A stretch of 64,000 bases of DNA from Candidatus Latescibacterota bacterium (GCA_965222075.1 OZ244937.1:3232001-3296000), one strand, 5' to 3'. Counted from the first letter of the stretch, positions 28,617 to 39,396 are shown. Translations and numbers: made by a program. The notes: a model not told the origin generated them from the letters alone.

Positions 28617-29732
28617 TCAAACAAGATCCCTGGGGGCAGGACCGTGTGCTGTAGAGCCGGGGCTCCGGACCCGGGACACATCTATCGGCCGGCGCCGCTC
28701 TTCCAGCCACTGGAGCTGTTGAATGCTTGGGAAAGAGCAGATCGTGTTCTCCAGGGCGCCGATGCCCCCGCCGAAGCGCATGCGGACGGTGTCGCCTTCC
28801 TGAAGGCCGTTTTTCAGGTCTCCCTCCGCAAAGACGATGGGCGTTCCCCAGTAGAAAATTTGCAGGGCGTCCGCCTTCAGGGGGAGGCGACTGAAGAGGG
28901 ACCGCTCTAGGTGGTAGAGGCCGTCGGGCATGTTGAGGTTGGCCCGGCCTGTGTTCCCCTCTTTGAATGCGATCCGGCGGCCGCTGCGGATGACTTCGCA
29001 GGAGACGGGGATGTGGGTGTCGTCGAATTCCGAGCCGGTGACCAAGACCGGGCCCAGGCTGGCGCAGCCGCCGTGCCAGTTTTTGGCCTGGGGCAGGTTG
29101 AGGGGGTTTTGGGCCTCTATGCCGTTGTCGGTGTAGTCGTTCCCGCCGGTGTATCCGAGGCGTTCGACCTGCCCATCGGCGTTGAGGCCGTAAACCGTGA
29201 CCAGTTCGGTTTCGGGGACGAGGCGAATTGTGTCGGGCGGGCGGGCGATGCAACCGCCGTGTCCGACCAGGTCCTCGGGATCGGTTTTGGCGAAGAGTTC
29301 CGGGATGCCACCCTGTGCGCATTCCCGGTATTTTTGTTCGTAGACGTTGACAGATTCTCCGGTGGCCTGCTTGGCCTCGATCTCGCGGAGTTGGGCGCTG
29401 TCTGCATGGGTCACGCCGGCCAGCCAGATACGGAGTTTGTGAGGGGCGTCGGACGGGGGGCTGACCGGTATTGTGAGATAGGGCCGTTCGGGATCGGACG
29501 TGTTGTTGAGGAGGCCATCCAGGCTCAGGCGCGGGGCGTCTTTAGCGTCGAAGCCCTCCACCGCCTTTTCCAGGCCTTTGGACCGCCCGCCATGGGCGTA
29601 ATAGATCTCGTAGATGGAGGTGGGATAGGGCGGGCAGGCGGTGAGGTCGATGACGGTTTGCCCCTGGATGAGGCCGACGCGGTGAGCGCTTTCGAGGGCG
29701 GTTTTCGGGTGAATGAACTGGAGTATTTTCAC
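28617..29732 (-). CDS. Fumarylacetoacetate-hydrolase superfamily protein (AraD1/GguC-like)
   Basis: AGVTH..SA, PELFAK, PETEL, GYTGGND, NPLNLPQAK, SLGP; GTG start at 29732. Confidence 0.8.
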   Translation of the reverse strand: MKILQFIHPKTALESAHRVGLIQGQTVIDLTACPPYPTSIYEIYYAHGGRSKGLEKAVEGFDAKDAPRLSLDGLLNNTSDPERPYLTIPVSPPSDAPHKLRIWLAGVTHADSAQLREIEAKQATGESVNVYEQKYRECAQGGIPELFAKTDPEDLVGHGGCIARPPDTIRLVPETELVTVYGLNADGQVERLGYTGGNDYTDNGIEAQNPLNLPQAKNWHGGCASLGPVLVTGSEFDDTHIPVSCEVIRSGRRIAFKEGNTGRANLNMPDGLYHLERSLFSRLPLKADALQIFYWGTPIVFAEGDLKNGLQEGDTVRMRFGGGIGALENTICSFPSIQQLQWLEERRRPIDVSRVRSPGSTAHGPAPRDLV

Positions 29733-29813
29733 AATCGACTTCCTCAGAAAATGGGTCCCTGTTGCTTGATTCTTTAATTCTGGTGATGAAAGAATAAAAC
29801 GAAAGAGGCGGAT

Positions 29814-30341
29814 ATGTTGATGCAGAATGAAATTCCCGGCATGGGGCGCCGGTTGGTTGGGCTGGTTGTAGACCTGTTTATGCTGCTCCTGGCCCATGTG
29901 CCCATCTCGCTCGCCCTTCGGGAGATGACCCCGTCCCCTGTTGCGGTGCTGGTGCTGGATTACTGTATTTTGCTGGTCTATTCCACGGTCTTTTTGAGTC
30001 GGAGGGGGCAGACGCCGGGGAAGGTGATGACGAGTCTGCGGGTGATCAGCGCAGACGGGGGTGTGGTGACCCAGCAGCAGGCATTTATCCGAGCCCTGGT
30101 AAAGTGGACGCCGATCCTGGGGGTTGTGGTCCTCCAGGCGCTTATTGCGCCTCCCTCTCTGGATCCCCAGGTGGCCCCAGAACCGGACGTTGGTCTGGGA
30201 GATGTGGGTCTGAAAGGGGCGCTGGTCGAAGTGATCCAACTGGGGATATGGCTGGCCCTGGTTCTGATCACCCGGCGACATCCGGACCGGCAGGCACCCC
30301 ACGACCGGGTGGCGGCTACGCTTGTAATGCGATTACCCTGA
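29814..30341 (+). CDS. RDD family membrane protein
   Basis: RRLVGLVVD, GQTPGK, LRV, QAPHDRVAATLV. Confidence 0.88.
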   Translation: MLMQNEIPGMGRRLVGLVVDLFMLLLAHVPISLALREMTPSPVAVLVLDYCILLVYSTVFLSRRGQTPGKVMTSLRVISADGGVVTQQQAFIRALVKWTPILGVVVLQALIAPPSLDPQVAPEPDVGLGDVGLKGALVEVIQLGIWLALVLITRRHPDRQAPHDRVAATLVMRLP

Positions 30342-30391
30342 AGGGAATTCGGTTGAAGGTCTTCCGCAATCCCCAATCCGCATTCCGCAAT

Positions 30392-32767
30392 TTACCTGGG
30401 GGGTGCGGCGATTTTGAACTTGCTTTTCCCGCTGGTCGTCTGTTCGCTGTTGAGGTCTTTGACGTTCATCAGGAGGGTGTAGGGTCCGGGTTTTGCCCCG
30501 GCAATGTCCAGTTCCACGTAGTCGTAGACGGAGGGTTCGGTGCCGGTCTGCTCGAAGCGGACTTCGATGGTTTCTCCCGTCTTTTTCCGGATCCCGGGCA
30601 GGATGGTGCTCAGGATGGAGCCGGCGGCGTCTGCCCGTGTCTGGACTTCGTAGGCGATCTCGTAGCGTGTTGCTCCAAACTCGTCCCGCGTGAGGTTGTA
30701 GATTTCGAAGTAGACAAAGAGCGGCTCGGTTGCCAGAAAGGCCACCGGGGGCCAGGGCAGGATGTTCCACTTCCCCCGAACAAAGGTGGAGTCGGAGGCT
30801 TCGGAGGCTTCGGTGATCCGCTTTGCAATCTGGATATCGCTCAGCATGAGCTGGTCGCTGTTGTAATTTGGAAGGGTGAGCGTTGGCTGCCGGTAGACCC
30901 CGGTCAGGTCGGTAAACCGGCGCGTTGCCTGTACAGCGAGTTCGTATCTGCCCGGGTCCGCTTCGAGATTGACCCGGTCCATCGCCAGTTGGCCCCGGCG
31001 TCTGTTCCAGTCGGAGATTGGGATCGCGATGGCCTGCTTTACTTTCTGCAATCCGGAGGAAAGGCCGCCGATAAGGGCGATCCGGCGCTCCACGATGATG
31101 AGGGTATCGGGGTCGGTGGGCAGGGCCACATTGTCGATGGGGAGGCCGATGTTGATCTGAAGGTCGGTCTTTCCGTTCTGGCCCCGGAAGGAGAGCGTCT
31201 GGTAATAAAAATGGAGCGGTTCCAGGTGTGAAAATTTGAAACGCTCCGGCTGTGTTGTCGCCGTAGAGGCCATCCGGACCGCGGGGGCATACCGGGTCAG
31301 GCGCTGAAGAAATTGGAGGAGGTCCTCCGGGGGTTCTTCGCCGGGCCTTACCGCGGGGAGAGGCGCGAAGTTATAGTTGTCGGAATTGAATTCGTCGGTA
31401 AACGCGATTTCGATGCCGTTGTCCACATCGGTATAGACCCAGACCTCCCAGGGGACGGCCGACCAGTCGTAGGTGGTTGTGACCGGGCGCCATCCGACGA
31501 TCCCAATAGAGCCGGCCCCCGCATCCAGGGAACGGTCCTGATTGTCGGTTCCCCGGATGGTTCGAATCGGAAAGACCGGGCCGGCAAAGGAGGCCTGGAG
31601 ACCCTCCTCGCCGTAGAGCTGTTTGGCCATCATCTCCTGGATGCGCTGCACGGGGAGGGGCACTTTGGGGTTGGGCAGGTCCGACGTGGAGCGGTAGTCG
31701 GGCTCCCCGTAGCGGATGTAGACGTCCCCCCGCCGGTCCCAGGTTTTTTTTCTTTTGCCGAAGAAGGTCAGGGCGTGCCAGACCCGGCGGTAGTGTTCGG
31801 TCCGGCGCATGGCGCCCCCGGAGGTCTTAAAGGGGTCCTTGCGAAGCCAGAAGCTCCTCAAGAAGGCCTCCTTGTTTTGAGGCGTTGTGGACTGATAGGC
31901 GCGGGCTTCCCGTTTGAGGCCTACCAATGAGATGTCCTCGTAGAGGGCCTGCGTTTCAGGATCGAGGGTGGCGATATAGCGCTGGAAGATCTCCAGGGCA
32001 CCTTCGTAGTCCTTCTTGTGGAGGAGCGTCTGCGCAAAAAGGGGTAGCCCGCGTACGTCTGCCATACGGAAGGTGAGTTCTTCGACCTCTTTGTATTTCT
32101 CCTGTTCGAGGAGGGCCAGGGCGAACTCATAGGCCGCCGTCTGGTCGGCCGGCCTCTGTTCGAGGTATTTCTGGTAGTAGATCATGGCCGCCAGGAGGTT
32201 TTTCTGTTTCTGGTAGCTCTGCGCCAGTAAGAGGTAAGGCGGGGCATAGCCCGGATCTTGTTTGATGGCCCGGCCTGCTGCCTTTCTGGCCTTTGCGGTC
32301 TTTCCCAGTTTTTGATGGGCCCGGGCCAGGAAGTAGAACGCCTCTGTATATGTAGAGTCGGTTTCCACGGCCGCCTGCAGGTGGGGCAAGGCCTCTTTGG
32401 GGCGGTTTCTGAGTTCGAGAAAGACCCGGCCCAGACCGCAGCGCGCCACGGGGTGCGCCGCGTTTTGCTTTAAGACCTGCTCAAAGGCCACCGCCGCGCT
32501 GTCGGCCTCGCCCAGACGGAGGTAGAGGAGGCCGATTCGGGTGCGCACCCGTTCGGGATCGGGGGCGTCTGGCAGGGCGGTTTTCAGATTTTGCACGACC
32601 TCCCGGACCGTTTGGGCATCCCCGAGATTTTGCGCCTTCTGATAGAGCGAGTCGAGCTGCCCCTGCGCAGAAAGGGGCGCTCCTGTGGAGAGGCTCCAGA
32701 CCAGGACGCCCAGGACGCCTGCCGACCTTCGCCACCGTTTTGATGTCGATCTTCTCTGTGTGTGCAT
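30392..32767 (-). CDS. Secreted TPR + GWxTD-like domain protein
   Basis: Signal peptide, TPR repeats, FW...DP...EHYRRV, WDRRGDVYIRYGEPD, WEVWVY. Confidence 0.85.
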   Translation of the reverse strand: MHTQRRSTSKRWRRSAGVLGVLVWSLSTGAPLSAQGQLDSLYQKAQNLGDAQTVREVVQNLKTALPDAPDPERVRTRIGLLYLRLGEADSAAVAFEQVLKQNAAHPVARCGLGRVFLELRNRPKEALPHLQAAVETDSTYTEAFYFLARAHQKLGKTAKARKAAGRAIKQDPGYAPPYLLLAQSYQKQKNLLAAMIYYQKYLEQRPADQTAAYEFALALLEQEKYKEVEELTFRMADVRGLPLFAQTLLHKKDYEGALEIFQRYIATLDPETQALYEDISLVGLKREARAYQSTTPQNKEAFLRSFWLRKDPFKTSGGAMRRTEHYRRVWHALTFFGKRKKTWDRRGDVYIRYGEPDYRSTSDLPNPKVPLPVQRIQEMMAKQLYGEEGLQASFAGPVFPIRTIRGTDNQDRSLDAGAGSIGIVGWRPVTTTYDWSAVPWEVWVYTDVDNGIEIAFTDEFNSDNYNFAPLPAVRPGEEPPEDLLQFLQRLTRYAPAVRMASTATTQPERFKFSHLEPLHFYYQTLSFRGQNGKTDLQINIGLPIDNVALPTDPDTLIIVERRIALIGGLSSGLQKVKQAIAIPISDWNRRRGQLAMDRVNLEADPGRYELAVQATRRFTDLTGVYRQPTLTLPNYNSDQLMLSDIQIAKRITEASEASDSTFVRGKWNILPWPPVAFLATEPLFVYFEIYNLTRDEFGATRYEIAYEVQTRADAAGSILSTILPGIRKKTGETIEVRFEQTGTEPSVYDYVELDIAGAKPGPYTLLMNVKDLNSEQTTSGKSKFKIAAPPR

Positions 32768-33067
32768 GTCATTCCCCTTTAGATATGATCGTTTCACCCG
32801 TCCATCCTTTTACGCCGATGCTCCCAAAATCGTTTCAGATTTCTCAGGCCTTTCGATCTCCCGTTTCTCCTTCCCTTGTCCCTTGAATCCGTTAAATAAG
32901 TATGTAATTCCCAAAATATACATAAATTTCGTTTGGAAAGGGGCAAAAGGTGTCCGATTCTCTCCAACCCTCCCTTCAGCCTTCCCGCCGATGCGCTGTT
33001 ACGAACGGGAGCTCCTCCTCAGGGAGAGAGAATACGGTTGAGCGCCTGCCTTTGAGTGCCTTTTCGC

Positions 33068-33096
33068 TTGACTTGTAGAAGGGGAACCTTTATTTT
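33068..33096 (+). promoter_or_regulatory. Sigma70-type promoter
   Basis: TTGACT, 17 bp, TATTTT upstream of the PTS IIA gene. Confidence 0.5.
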
Positions 33097-33128
33097 CGCT
33101 TCTTTCAGGCAGCACCGGGAGGAGCCTT

Positions 33129-33590
33129 ATGACGCTGATGGAAATCTTATCAGGCAAGTCGGTTATTGTGGGTTTAAAGGGCCAGAATAAGCGAGAGATC
33201 TTAGAAGAGCTCGTGGATGTTGTGGACGAGGATAAGGTTACCGACCGCCAGAAGATCTTAGAGGCCATGCTTCAGCGTGAGGAGATTATGAGCACCGGCA
33301 TCGGGCACGGCATTGCCATTCCCCACGGCAAATCGGAATATGTGGCCGGGCTGAGCGGTGCGCTGGGCATCAAGCGGGAGGGGGTCGATTTTGACTCCTT
33401 AGACGGAAAGCCGACATTTATCTTTTTCCTGCTGGTATCTCCCATGGATGTCTCGGGTCCCCACATCAAGGCCTTAGCGCGGATCTCCCGCCTCCTGAAG
33501 GGAGAGGACTTTCGACAGCGCCTGATTGTCGCGGAAAACCGGGAGGCGGCGATCGCCATTCTCGAAGAGGAGGAGAAGCTCCACATCTGA
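33129..33590 (+). CDS. Stand-alone PTS EIIA (Ntr/Fru type)
   Basis: REEIMSTGIGHGIAIPHG, FDSLDG, HIKALA. Confidence 0.92.
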   Translation: MTLMEILSGKSVIVGLKGQNKREILEELVDVVDEDKVTDRQKILEAMLQREEIMSTGIGHGIAIPHGKSEYVAGLSGALGIKREGVDFDSLDGKPTFIFFLLVSPMDVSGPHIKALARISRLLKGEDFRQRLIVAENREAAIAILEEEEKLHI

Positions 33591-33624
33591 AAATCCAACA
33601 GGTCTGTGACTTAGACGGTCAGGC

Positions 33625-33658
33625 GTCTGCTTGCATATTCGGAAGCAGACTTTTTTTT
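33625..33658 (+). terminator. Intrinsic terminator
   Basis: GTCTGCTT...AAGCAGAC stem followed by T8. Confidence 0.75.
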
Positions 33659-33729
33659 GCCTGGAATGGGTTTAATTTGTATATTCTGCGTGGTGACTTT
33701 AGAATCAACGATCTGAAGCGTTATACCCC

Positions 33730-35817
33730 ATGTTCGGACTCAGTTTTTCCAATCCGGCGATGCTGCACGGCCTCTGGGCCGCGATGCTGCCCCTGGTTAT
33801 CCATCTGCTGAACCGCCGACGCACGGTGACGGTTGCGTTTAGCAATGTCGCCCTTTTGCAGTCCCTTCAGTACGACCGGATGCGGCGGGTGAAGCTGAGG
33901 CAGATCCTCCTGCTGGTCCTGCGGACGCTCCTGATCCTGCTGGTCGTGCTCGCCTTTGCGCGGCCCACCCTTCGAGGGTCGGAAGCAGGGGGGGCAGGTG
34001 GAGCCCGGACGTCTGCGGCACTCCTGCTGGATCGTTCCTTAAGCATGAGGCATCGGACGCCTGAGGGGACGCTGTTCGAGCGTGCCCGGGCGCGGGTGCG
34101 AGAGGCCCTGGATCTGTTTGACGCCCGGGATGATGTCACCCTCTTCCTGGTCGATGATCGAATGGAGGCCTTTGATTTCGCCGGTGGCGAGCGTTTGAAA
34201 CCCCGCCTGGAGGCCCTGCAACCCACGTTTCGGGGGTCGGATCTGAGGCCGGGCTTAGAGGGGGCCCTCAAGCAACTTGGCGGCTCGGAGATGCTCAACC
34301 GGGAACTCTATCTGTTTACCGATCTGGCCAGAAACGGATGGGCGGCTCTGCCGGATAGTTTGCCGAACCTTCAGGGGGTGTCGGTCTTTTTGATCCCGGA
34401 ACGCCCGCTGCATGTGAACAATCTGGGGGTGCGCCGGGCAGGGCCGGCCGGACAGATTCTGACGGTGGGCAGCCCCGCCACCCTGGATGTCGAACTGATC
34501 AACTACGGTGAGACCACCCGGCCGGAGGTCCCGATGCAGGTCTACCTGGGGGAGCGCCGGATTGCCCAGCAGGTGGTCCATCTGGTTGGGGAGGGAGCAA
34601 GGCGGCTCTACATTCGCTTTACGCCCGACACAGGGGGGGCGATTCCACTTCGAGTCGAGATTGGGGATGACGATTTGAAGGCGGACAATCTCTATACCTC
34701 GGTCCTGAATATCCCCGAGCGGGTACGGGTGCTGCTGGTGGGCGAAGTCCCGGAAGATACCTACTACTTGGAACAGGCCCTCCTGGCAGCTTCAGACCTG
34801 CGGGGGACGGTGGTGGTGCAGCAAACGCACCCAGGTGCGCTTACGCCCGACGCGCTGGGGACGGCCGATGTGATTATGCTGTGCAACCTTTCCCGCCTCT
34901 CCCACGGCCCCTTAGCGGCCCTGAAGCGGCGGGTGGAGGGGGGCGCAGGGTTGATGATCTTCCTGGGCGATCGGGTGGACGTCCGCCACTATAACGATCG
35001 GCTGCTGCCGTCCCTGTTTCCGGCTTCGCTGGTTTCGGTAACAGGGACGCCCGGGCAGACGGTGATCTACCATACCCTGCAGACGCCCCTGCCGGATCAC
35101 CCCCTGTTCCAGGGGACGGTCGGGGACGGCAGGTTTCGAAGTCCGCACTTTTACGCTTATTACCGGGTGCGTTTGAGCGGAGCGGCGCAGCCGGTTGTTG
35201 CGTTCAGCACCGGTTCGCCGGCCCTGGCAGAGGGACAACTGGGTGCCGGGCGGGTGGTCTTTTTTGCGTCGAGCGTTCAGATGGATTTAACCTGGACCGA
35301 TCTGTCTCTCACCGGGCTTTTTATTCCCCTGGTACACCAGCTTTCCCGCTATTTAGCCGCGGGGGCCTTTGGGAATGCCGATTATGCGGCCGGGAAGGTG
35401 GTGTACCGGGACATTCGCGGGGTTCAGGCCAGGGAGGCGCTGCTGCGTCCACCCCAGGGCGAAACGCGGTTGATCTGGCCTGAACAGCGGGGGGCCCGGC
35501 CGGTTTGGCCGGTGGGAGAGGTCGACGTTCCCGGCCTGTGGGAGATCTATGCGCAAGAGCGTATCGCCGACCGATTTGCCGTCCATATTCCGGAGGATGA
35601 GCCGGACCTCACGCCGGTGCCGCCAGAGCGCCTGAAGGGCCTTTTTGCGGGCGCCCAGGTTCGGGTTGTAGAGCCGGAGGAGGCCCTTGCCGAGGGGGTC
35701 CTGGAACAGCGCCTCGGCCGGGAACTCTGGCGGGCCACGCTGGGCCTGGCGCTTTTGCTGATGGCGGCCGAGATGCTGATTGCCCGGTCTGTGCGAACAA
35801 AACCGCAGGGAAAGTAG
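33730..35817 (+). CDS. BatA N-terminal + vWA domain membrane protein
   Basis: LPLVIHLLNRRR...FS..LL...LLLVLRTL...ARP, MIDAS DRSLSM, C-terminal ELW + TM helix. Confidence 0.88.
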   Translation: MFGLSFSNPAMLHGLWAAMLPLVIHLLNRRRTVTVAFSNVALLQSLQYDRMRRVKLRQILLLVLRTLLILLVVLAFARPTLRGSEAGGAGGARTSAALLLDRSLSMRHRTPEGTLFERARARVREALDLFDARDDVTLFLVDDRMEAFDFAGGERLKPRLEALQPTFRGSDLRPGLEGALKQLGGSEMLNRELYLFTDLARNGWAALPDSLPNLQGVSVFLIPERPLHVNNLGVRRAGPAGQILTVGSPATLDVELINYGETTRPEVPMQVYLGERRIAQQVVHLVGEGARRLYIRFTPDTGGAIPLRVEIGDDDLKADNLYTSVLNIPERVRVLLVGEVPEDTYYLEQALLAASDLRGTVVVQQTHPGALTPDALGTADVIMLCNLSRLSHGPLAALKRRVEGGAGLMIFLGDRVDVRHYNDRLLPSLFPASLVSVTGTPGQTVIYHTLQTPLPDHPLFQGTVGDGRFRSPHFYAYYRVRLSGAAQPVVAFSTGSPALAEGQLGAGRVVFFASSVQMDLTWTDLSLTGLFIPLVHQLSRYLAAGAFGNADYAAGKVVYRDIRGVQAREALLRPPQGETRLIWPEQRGARPVWPVGEVDVPGLWEIYAQERIADRFAVHIPEDEPDLTPVPPERLKGLFAGAQVRVVEPEEALAEGVLEQRLGRELWRATLGLALLLMAAEMLIARSVRTKPQGK

Positions 35818-36132
35818 AGGCAACCCGCAATTCTATTTGGAATCGGCACCTGCCGCCCATCCCCGAAGGACAAAGCGAAACTGGATAGAATATAAGATAT
35901 TATTTTAAAACAGCTTAAAGGTTTTTCCCTTGACTTTTTTTGGATGTGCTCGTATTTTTGGGTTGAAAATGTGTTATCCGGTTTTGTTTTTACACTCTGG
36001 GACTGGCTCTTCAGGAGGGGACGTTCTCCTATCGGCGACGTTCAATCGGTATCTTGGAATCGCGATGAGCCACTTGACGGTGCCTGTTGGAGTGGCTTGT
36101 TGTTTTGTTGACAGCTTCTTTAAGGAGTAGAT

Positions 36133-38388
36133 ATGCCAGACGCCCTTGTGGTGGTTGAATCGCCCGCCAAGGCCAAGACCATCAACAAGCTCCTGGGGAA
36201 AGATTACCTCGTGGTGGCCTGTATGGGGCACGTGCGCGATCTGCCCCCGAAGGAGCTCGGGATCGATATCGAGAAGGGCTTTCGTCCCAGCTACAGGACC
36301 ATCCGGGGAAGGGGGAAGGTGCTGCAAAAATTGCGCTCTGCGGCCAGATCGGCCGGGAGGGTCTACCTGGCGACCGACCCCGACCGGGAGGGGGAGGCCA
36401 TTGCCTGGCACGTGGCCCACGATCTGGGCAAACATGCCCCAGAGATCCACCGGGTGATGTTCAATGAGATCACGAACCGTGCGGTGACGGAGGCCGTTGC
36501 CCATCCGGGCAAGATCAACCTGCACAAGGTGAATGCCCAGCAGGCCCGGCGCATCCTGGACCGGCTGGTGGGCTACAAGATAAGTCCGTTTCTGTGGAAG
36601 ACGATTCACGGCGGCCTGAGCGCGGGGCGGGTGCAATCGGTGGCGCTGCGGCTGATCTGTGAGCGTGAGTCGGAGATCGAGGTATTTGTTTCTCAGGAGT
36701 ACTGGACGGTAGACGCCTCGTTGCAGGCATCCGACACCGAGCCCTTCAAGGCGCGTCTGGTCAGGTTTGAGGGGAACAAGCTGGAGATTTCTGACCAGGC
36801 GGAGGCCGACCGGGTTGTGGCCGACCTTCGCGTTGCGGCTACCTCGGAGGAGGGATACCGGATTGAGAAGGTGAGCCGGCGGGAACAGCGGCGGAATCCC
36901 CCTCCTCCCTTTATTACCAGCACCCTGCAGCAGGAGGCCGCCCGGCGGTTTCGGTTTACGGCCCGCAAGACGATGGTGGTGGCCCAGCAGCTCTACGAGG
37001 GGATCGAGGTCGGAGGCGAGACCACGGGCCTGATTACGTATATGCGGACCGATTCGACCCGTCTGGCGCCCGAGGCCGTGAAGGATGCCCGTGCGTACAT
37101 TCATAAACGTTTCGGACCGGACTACCTGCCTAAGAGACCCAGGGCCTATCGGAAAGGGAAGGGGGCGCAGGATGCGCACGAAGCGATCAGGCCCACCGGG
37201 ATCAAGCGCCCTCCGGAGGCGGTGGAGGCTTACCTGACCCCGGAACAGCGCCGACTCTACCGGTTGGTCTGGGATCGGTTTATCGCCTGCCAGATGTCGC
37301 CGGCGGTTTTCGACCGGACCACGGTCGATATTGTCGCAGGAGACTACGGGTTGCGCGCAACCGGTTCTATCCTCAAGTTCCCCGGGTTCACCGTCCTGTA
37401 TACCGAGGGCACGGACGATGAGCAGGCGGAGGTCCAGGAGCGTCTGCCGGATTCCCTCAAGGAGGGGGATCGTCTGACGCTGCTGGACCTTTACCCGGAA
37501 CAGCATTTTACCAAACCGCCTCCCCGCTATTCCGATGCGACGCTGGTGAAGGAACTGGAGACGCAGGCGATCGGACGGCCAAGCACGTACGCTCAGATTA
37601 TCAGCACCCTGCTGGACCGTGAGTATACAAGCAGGAATCGGGGCCGGTTTTCGCCGACGGAACTGGGAAAGACGGTCAATAAAATTCTGGTGCAGGCCTT
37701 TCCCGATATCTTTAATGTGGATTTTACCGCCCGGATGGAGGACGAACTCGACCGGGTGGAAAGCGGCAGTTCCGACTGGGTGAAGGTGATCGAAGGGTTT
37801 TACGGCCCCTTTTCTAAAGACTTGGACCAGGTGGAGACCCGGCAGGCCGAGCTGAAACAGTCTTTGCAGGAAGAGACCGATGAGGTCTGCGAAAAGTGCG
37901 GCGAAAAGTTGGTGATTAAGTGGGGGCGAAACGGGAAATTTATGGCCTGTTCGGGGTTTCCCAAATGCAGAAACACCCGACCGCTTGATGGGGAGGCCCA
38001 GCCGGAACCAACGGGAGAGGTGTGTAAAAAATGCGGGGCCAAGATGGTCATCCGGACGGGCCGCCACGGGCGGTTTATGGCCTGTTCGGCCTATCCCGAA
38101 TGCAAAAATACCCGGCCGGTTTCGCTGGGGGTGCCCTGTCCCTACGAAGGGTGCCGGGGCGAACTGGTGGAGCGCAGCAGCAAGCGCGGCAAGACGTTCT
38201 ACAGCTGCAGCACCTACCCCAAGTGCGAGTATGCAACCTGGGATCGGCCCTTGAACCAGAGGTGTCCTGTTTGCAACGGCCCCTTCTTGGCCCAACAGAC
38301 CGGCCGGCGGGGAGAGACCACCCTTAAATGCTTAAAGTGCAGGCAGGAGGGTTCGCCGGAAGCTGTTTCTGACCAAGGTCGGGGCTGA
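36133..38388 (+). CDS. topA: DNA topoisomerase I
   Basis: VVESPAKAKTI, ATDPDREGEAI, SAGRVQS, ITYMRTDS, C-terminal zinc ribbons. Confidence 0.98.
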   Translation: MPDALVVVESPAKAKTINKLLGKDYLVVACMGHVRDLPPKELGIDIEKGFRPSYRTIRGRGKVLQKLRSAARSAGRVYLATDPDREGEAIAWHVAHDLGKHAPEIHRVMFNEITNRAVTEAVAHPGKINLHKVNAQQARRILDRLVGYKISPFLWKTIHGGLSAGRVQSVALRLICERESEIEVFVSQEYWTVDASLQASDTEPFKARLVRFEGNKLEISDQAEADRVVADLRVAATSEEGYRIEKVSRREQRRNPPPPFITSTLQQEAARRFRFTARKTMVVAQQLYEGIEVGGETTGLITYMRTDSTRLAPEAVKDARAYIHKRFGPDYLPKRPRAYRKGKGAQDAHEAIRPTGIKRPPEAVEAYLTPEQRRLYRLVWDRFIACQMSPAVFDRTTVDIVAGDYGLRATGSILKFPGFTVLYTEGTDDEQAEVQERLPDSLKEGDRLTLLDLYPEQHFTKPPPRYSDATLVKELETQAIGRPSTYAQIISTLLDREYTSRNRGRFSPTELGKTVNKILVQAFPDIFNVDFTARMEDELDRVESGSSDWVKVIEGFYGPFSKDLDQVETRQAELKQSLQEETDEVCEKCGEKLVIKWGRNGKFMACSGFPKCRNTRPLDGEAQPEPTGEVCKKCGAKMVIRTGRHGRFMACSAYPECKNTRPVSLGVPCPYEGCRGELVERSSKRGKTFYSCSTYPKCEYATWDRPLNQRCPVCNGPFLAQQTGRRGETTLKCLKCRQEGSPEAVSDQGRG

Positions 38389-38490
38389 AGAGTCCTGATT
38401 TTAATGTTTCAAGTTCCAAATGCCAAGTTTCCCACATCTCCTCCCCGGGAAGAAGCTCCGAACGGGACGATTTGACCGCTGCTTGCCGAG

Positions 38491-39396
38491 GTGCCCCCTA
38501 TGCAGTGCGCTGTCGCGGAATTTTTGACCCATCTTTCCCGAGAACGGCGTCTTTCCTCCCACACCTGTCGTGCCTACCAGACCGATCTCAATCAGTTTCA
38601 GGCATTCCTGCAGAGGCGTTGGGAAGGCGGCCCTCTGGATCTGAAACGGGTGTCGCGGGATGACATCCGGGCCTTTCTGGGGGACCTGAACCAGTTGGGA
38701 TTCGGCCGGCGGTCGATTGCCCGCAAGCTGGCCTCTCTGCGCACCTTTCTGTCCTATTTATGCCTTACGGGCCGTCTGGAACAGAATCCGGCGCACCAAG
38801 TGGGTCCTCCCAAGCAAGAGAAATCCCTTCCGGCGCACCTGGACCTCGCAGAGGCAGAGCGGGCCGTAGAGGCGCCCCCTCCAAATACGCTCCTGGGGTT
38901 ACGGGACCGGGCCATTCTGGAACTGCTCTACAGTTCCGGGATCCGGCTGCGCGAGCTGGTGGGGTTGACGCTGGATGCCATCGACTTGGAGGGCGGGTTG
39001 GTTCGGGTGCAGGGCAAGGGGGGGAAGGAACGGCTGGTGCCGATTGGTCGGAAGGCCAGAGAGGCGCTCTTAAACTACCTGCAGCGGCGTGCGGAGTTCC
39101 CCGCGTCCGAAGCGGACCGCGGGCGGGTTTTTCTGAGTCGGTCTGGCCGTGCCCTCACCCCCAGCGGCGTTCAGCACCGGGTGGTGCGGTACCTGGCCGG
39201 GGTTACGGGAGGGCGCCGGCTGGGCCCCCACACCCTCCGGCATACCTTTGCCACCCATCTGTTAGATGCAGGCGCAGATTTGAATGCGGTCAAGGAAATG
39301 CTGGGGCACGCAAGCCTTTCCACGACGCAGATCTACACCCATATAAGCGTAGAGCGGCTCAAGAAGGCCTACCGGCAGGCCCACCCAAGAGCGTAA
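38491..39396 (+). CDS. xerC: Tyrosine recombinase XerC
   Basis: RDRAILELLYSSGIR, GKGGKER, HTLRHTFATHLL, LGHASLSTTQIYTH; follows topA. Confidence 0.88.
   Translation: MPPMQCAVAEFLTHLSRERRLSSHTCRAYQTDLNQFQAFLQRRWEGGPLDLKRVSRDDIRAFLGDLNQLGFGRRSIARKLASLRTFLSYLCLTGRLEQNPAHQVGPPKQEKSLPAHLDLAEAERAVEAPPPNTLLGLRDRAILELLYSSGIRLRELVGLTLDAIDLEGGLVRVQGKGGKERLVPIGRKAREALLNYLQRRAEFPASEADRGRVFLSRSGRALTPSGVQHRVVRYLAGVTGGRRLGPHTLRHTFATHLLDAGADLNAVKEMLGHASLSTTQIYTHISVERLKKAYRQAHPRA

Noticed and set aside
29733-30302. N-terminal 190 aa of the 561-aa ORF 28617-30302
   Set aside because: Antisense to the RDD gene; the FAH-like protein starts at 29732.
35883-35910. dif-like AT-rich motif upstream of topA-xerC
   Set aside because: Only the XerD-like arm resembles the consensus; the spacing and left arm do not fit.
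35974-38295. Long antisense and alternative-frame ORFs (also 2397-4022, 6597-8405, 25526-26632, 52602-53909)
   Set aside because: Shadows of well-supported genes in GC-rich DNA, with no recognisable motifs.
38491-39396. Tyrosine recombinase as a phage or island integrase
   Set aside because: The sequence and topA adjacency fit housekeeping XerC; no att sites or phage genes are visible.
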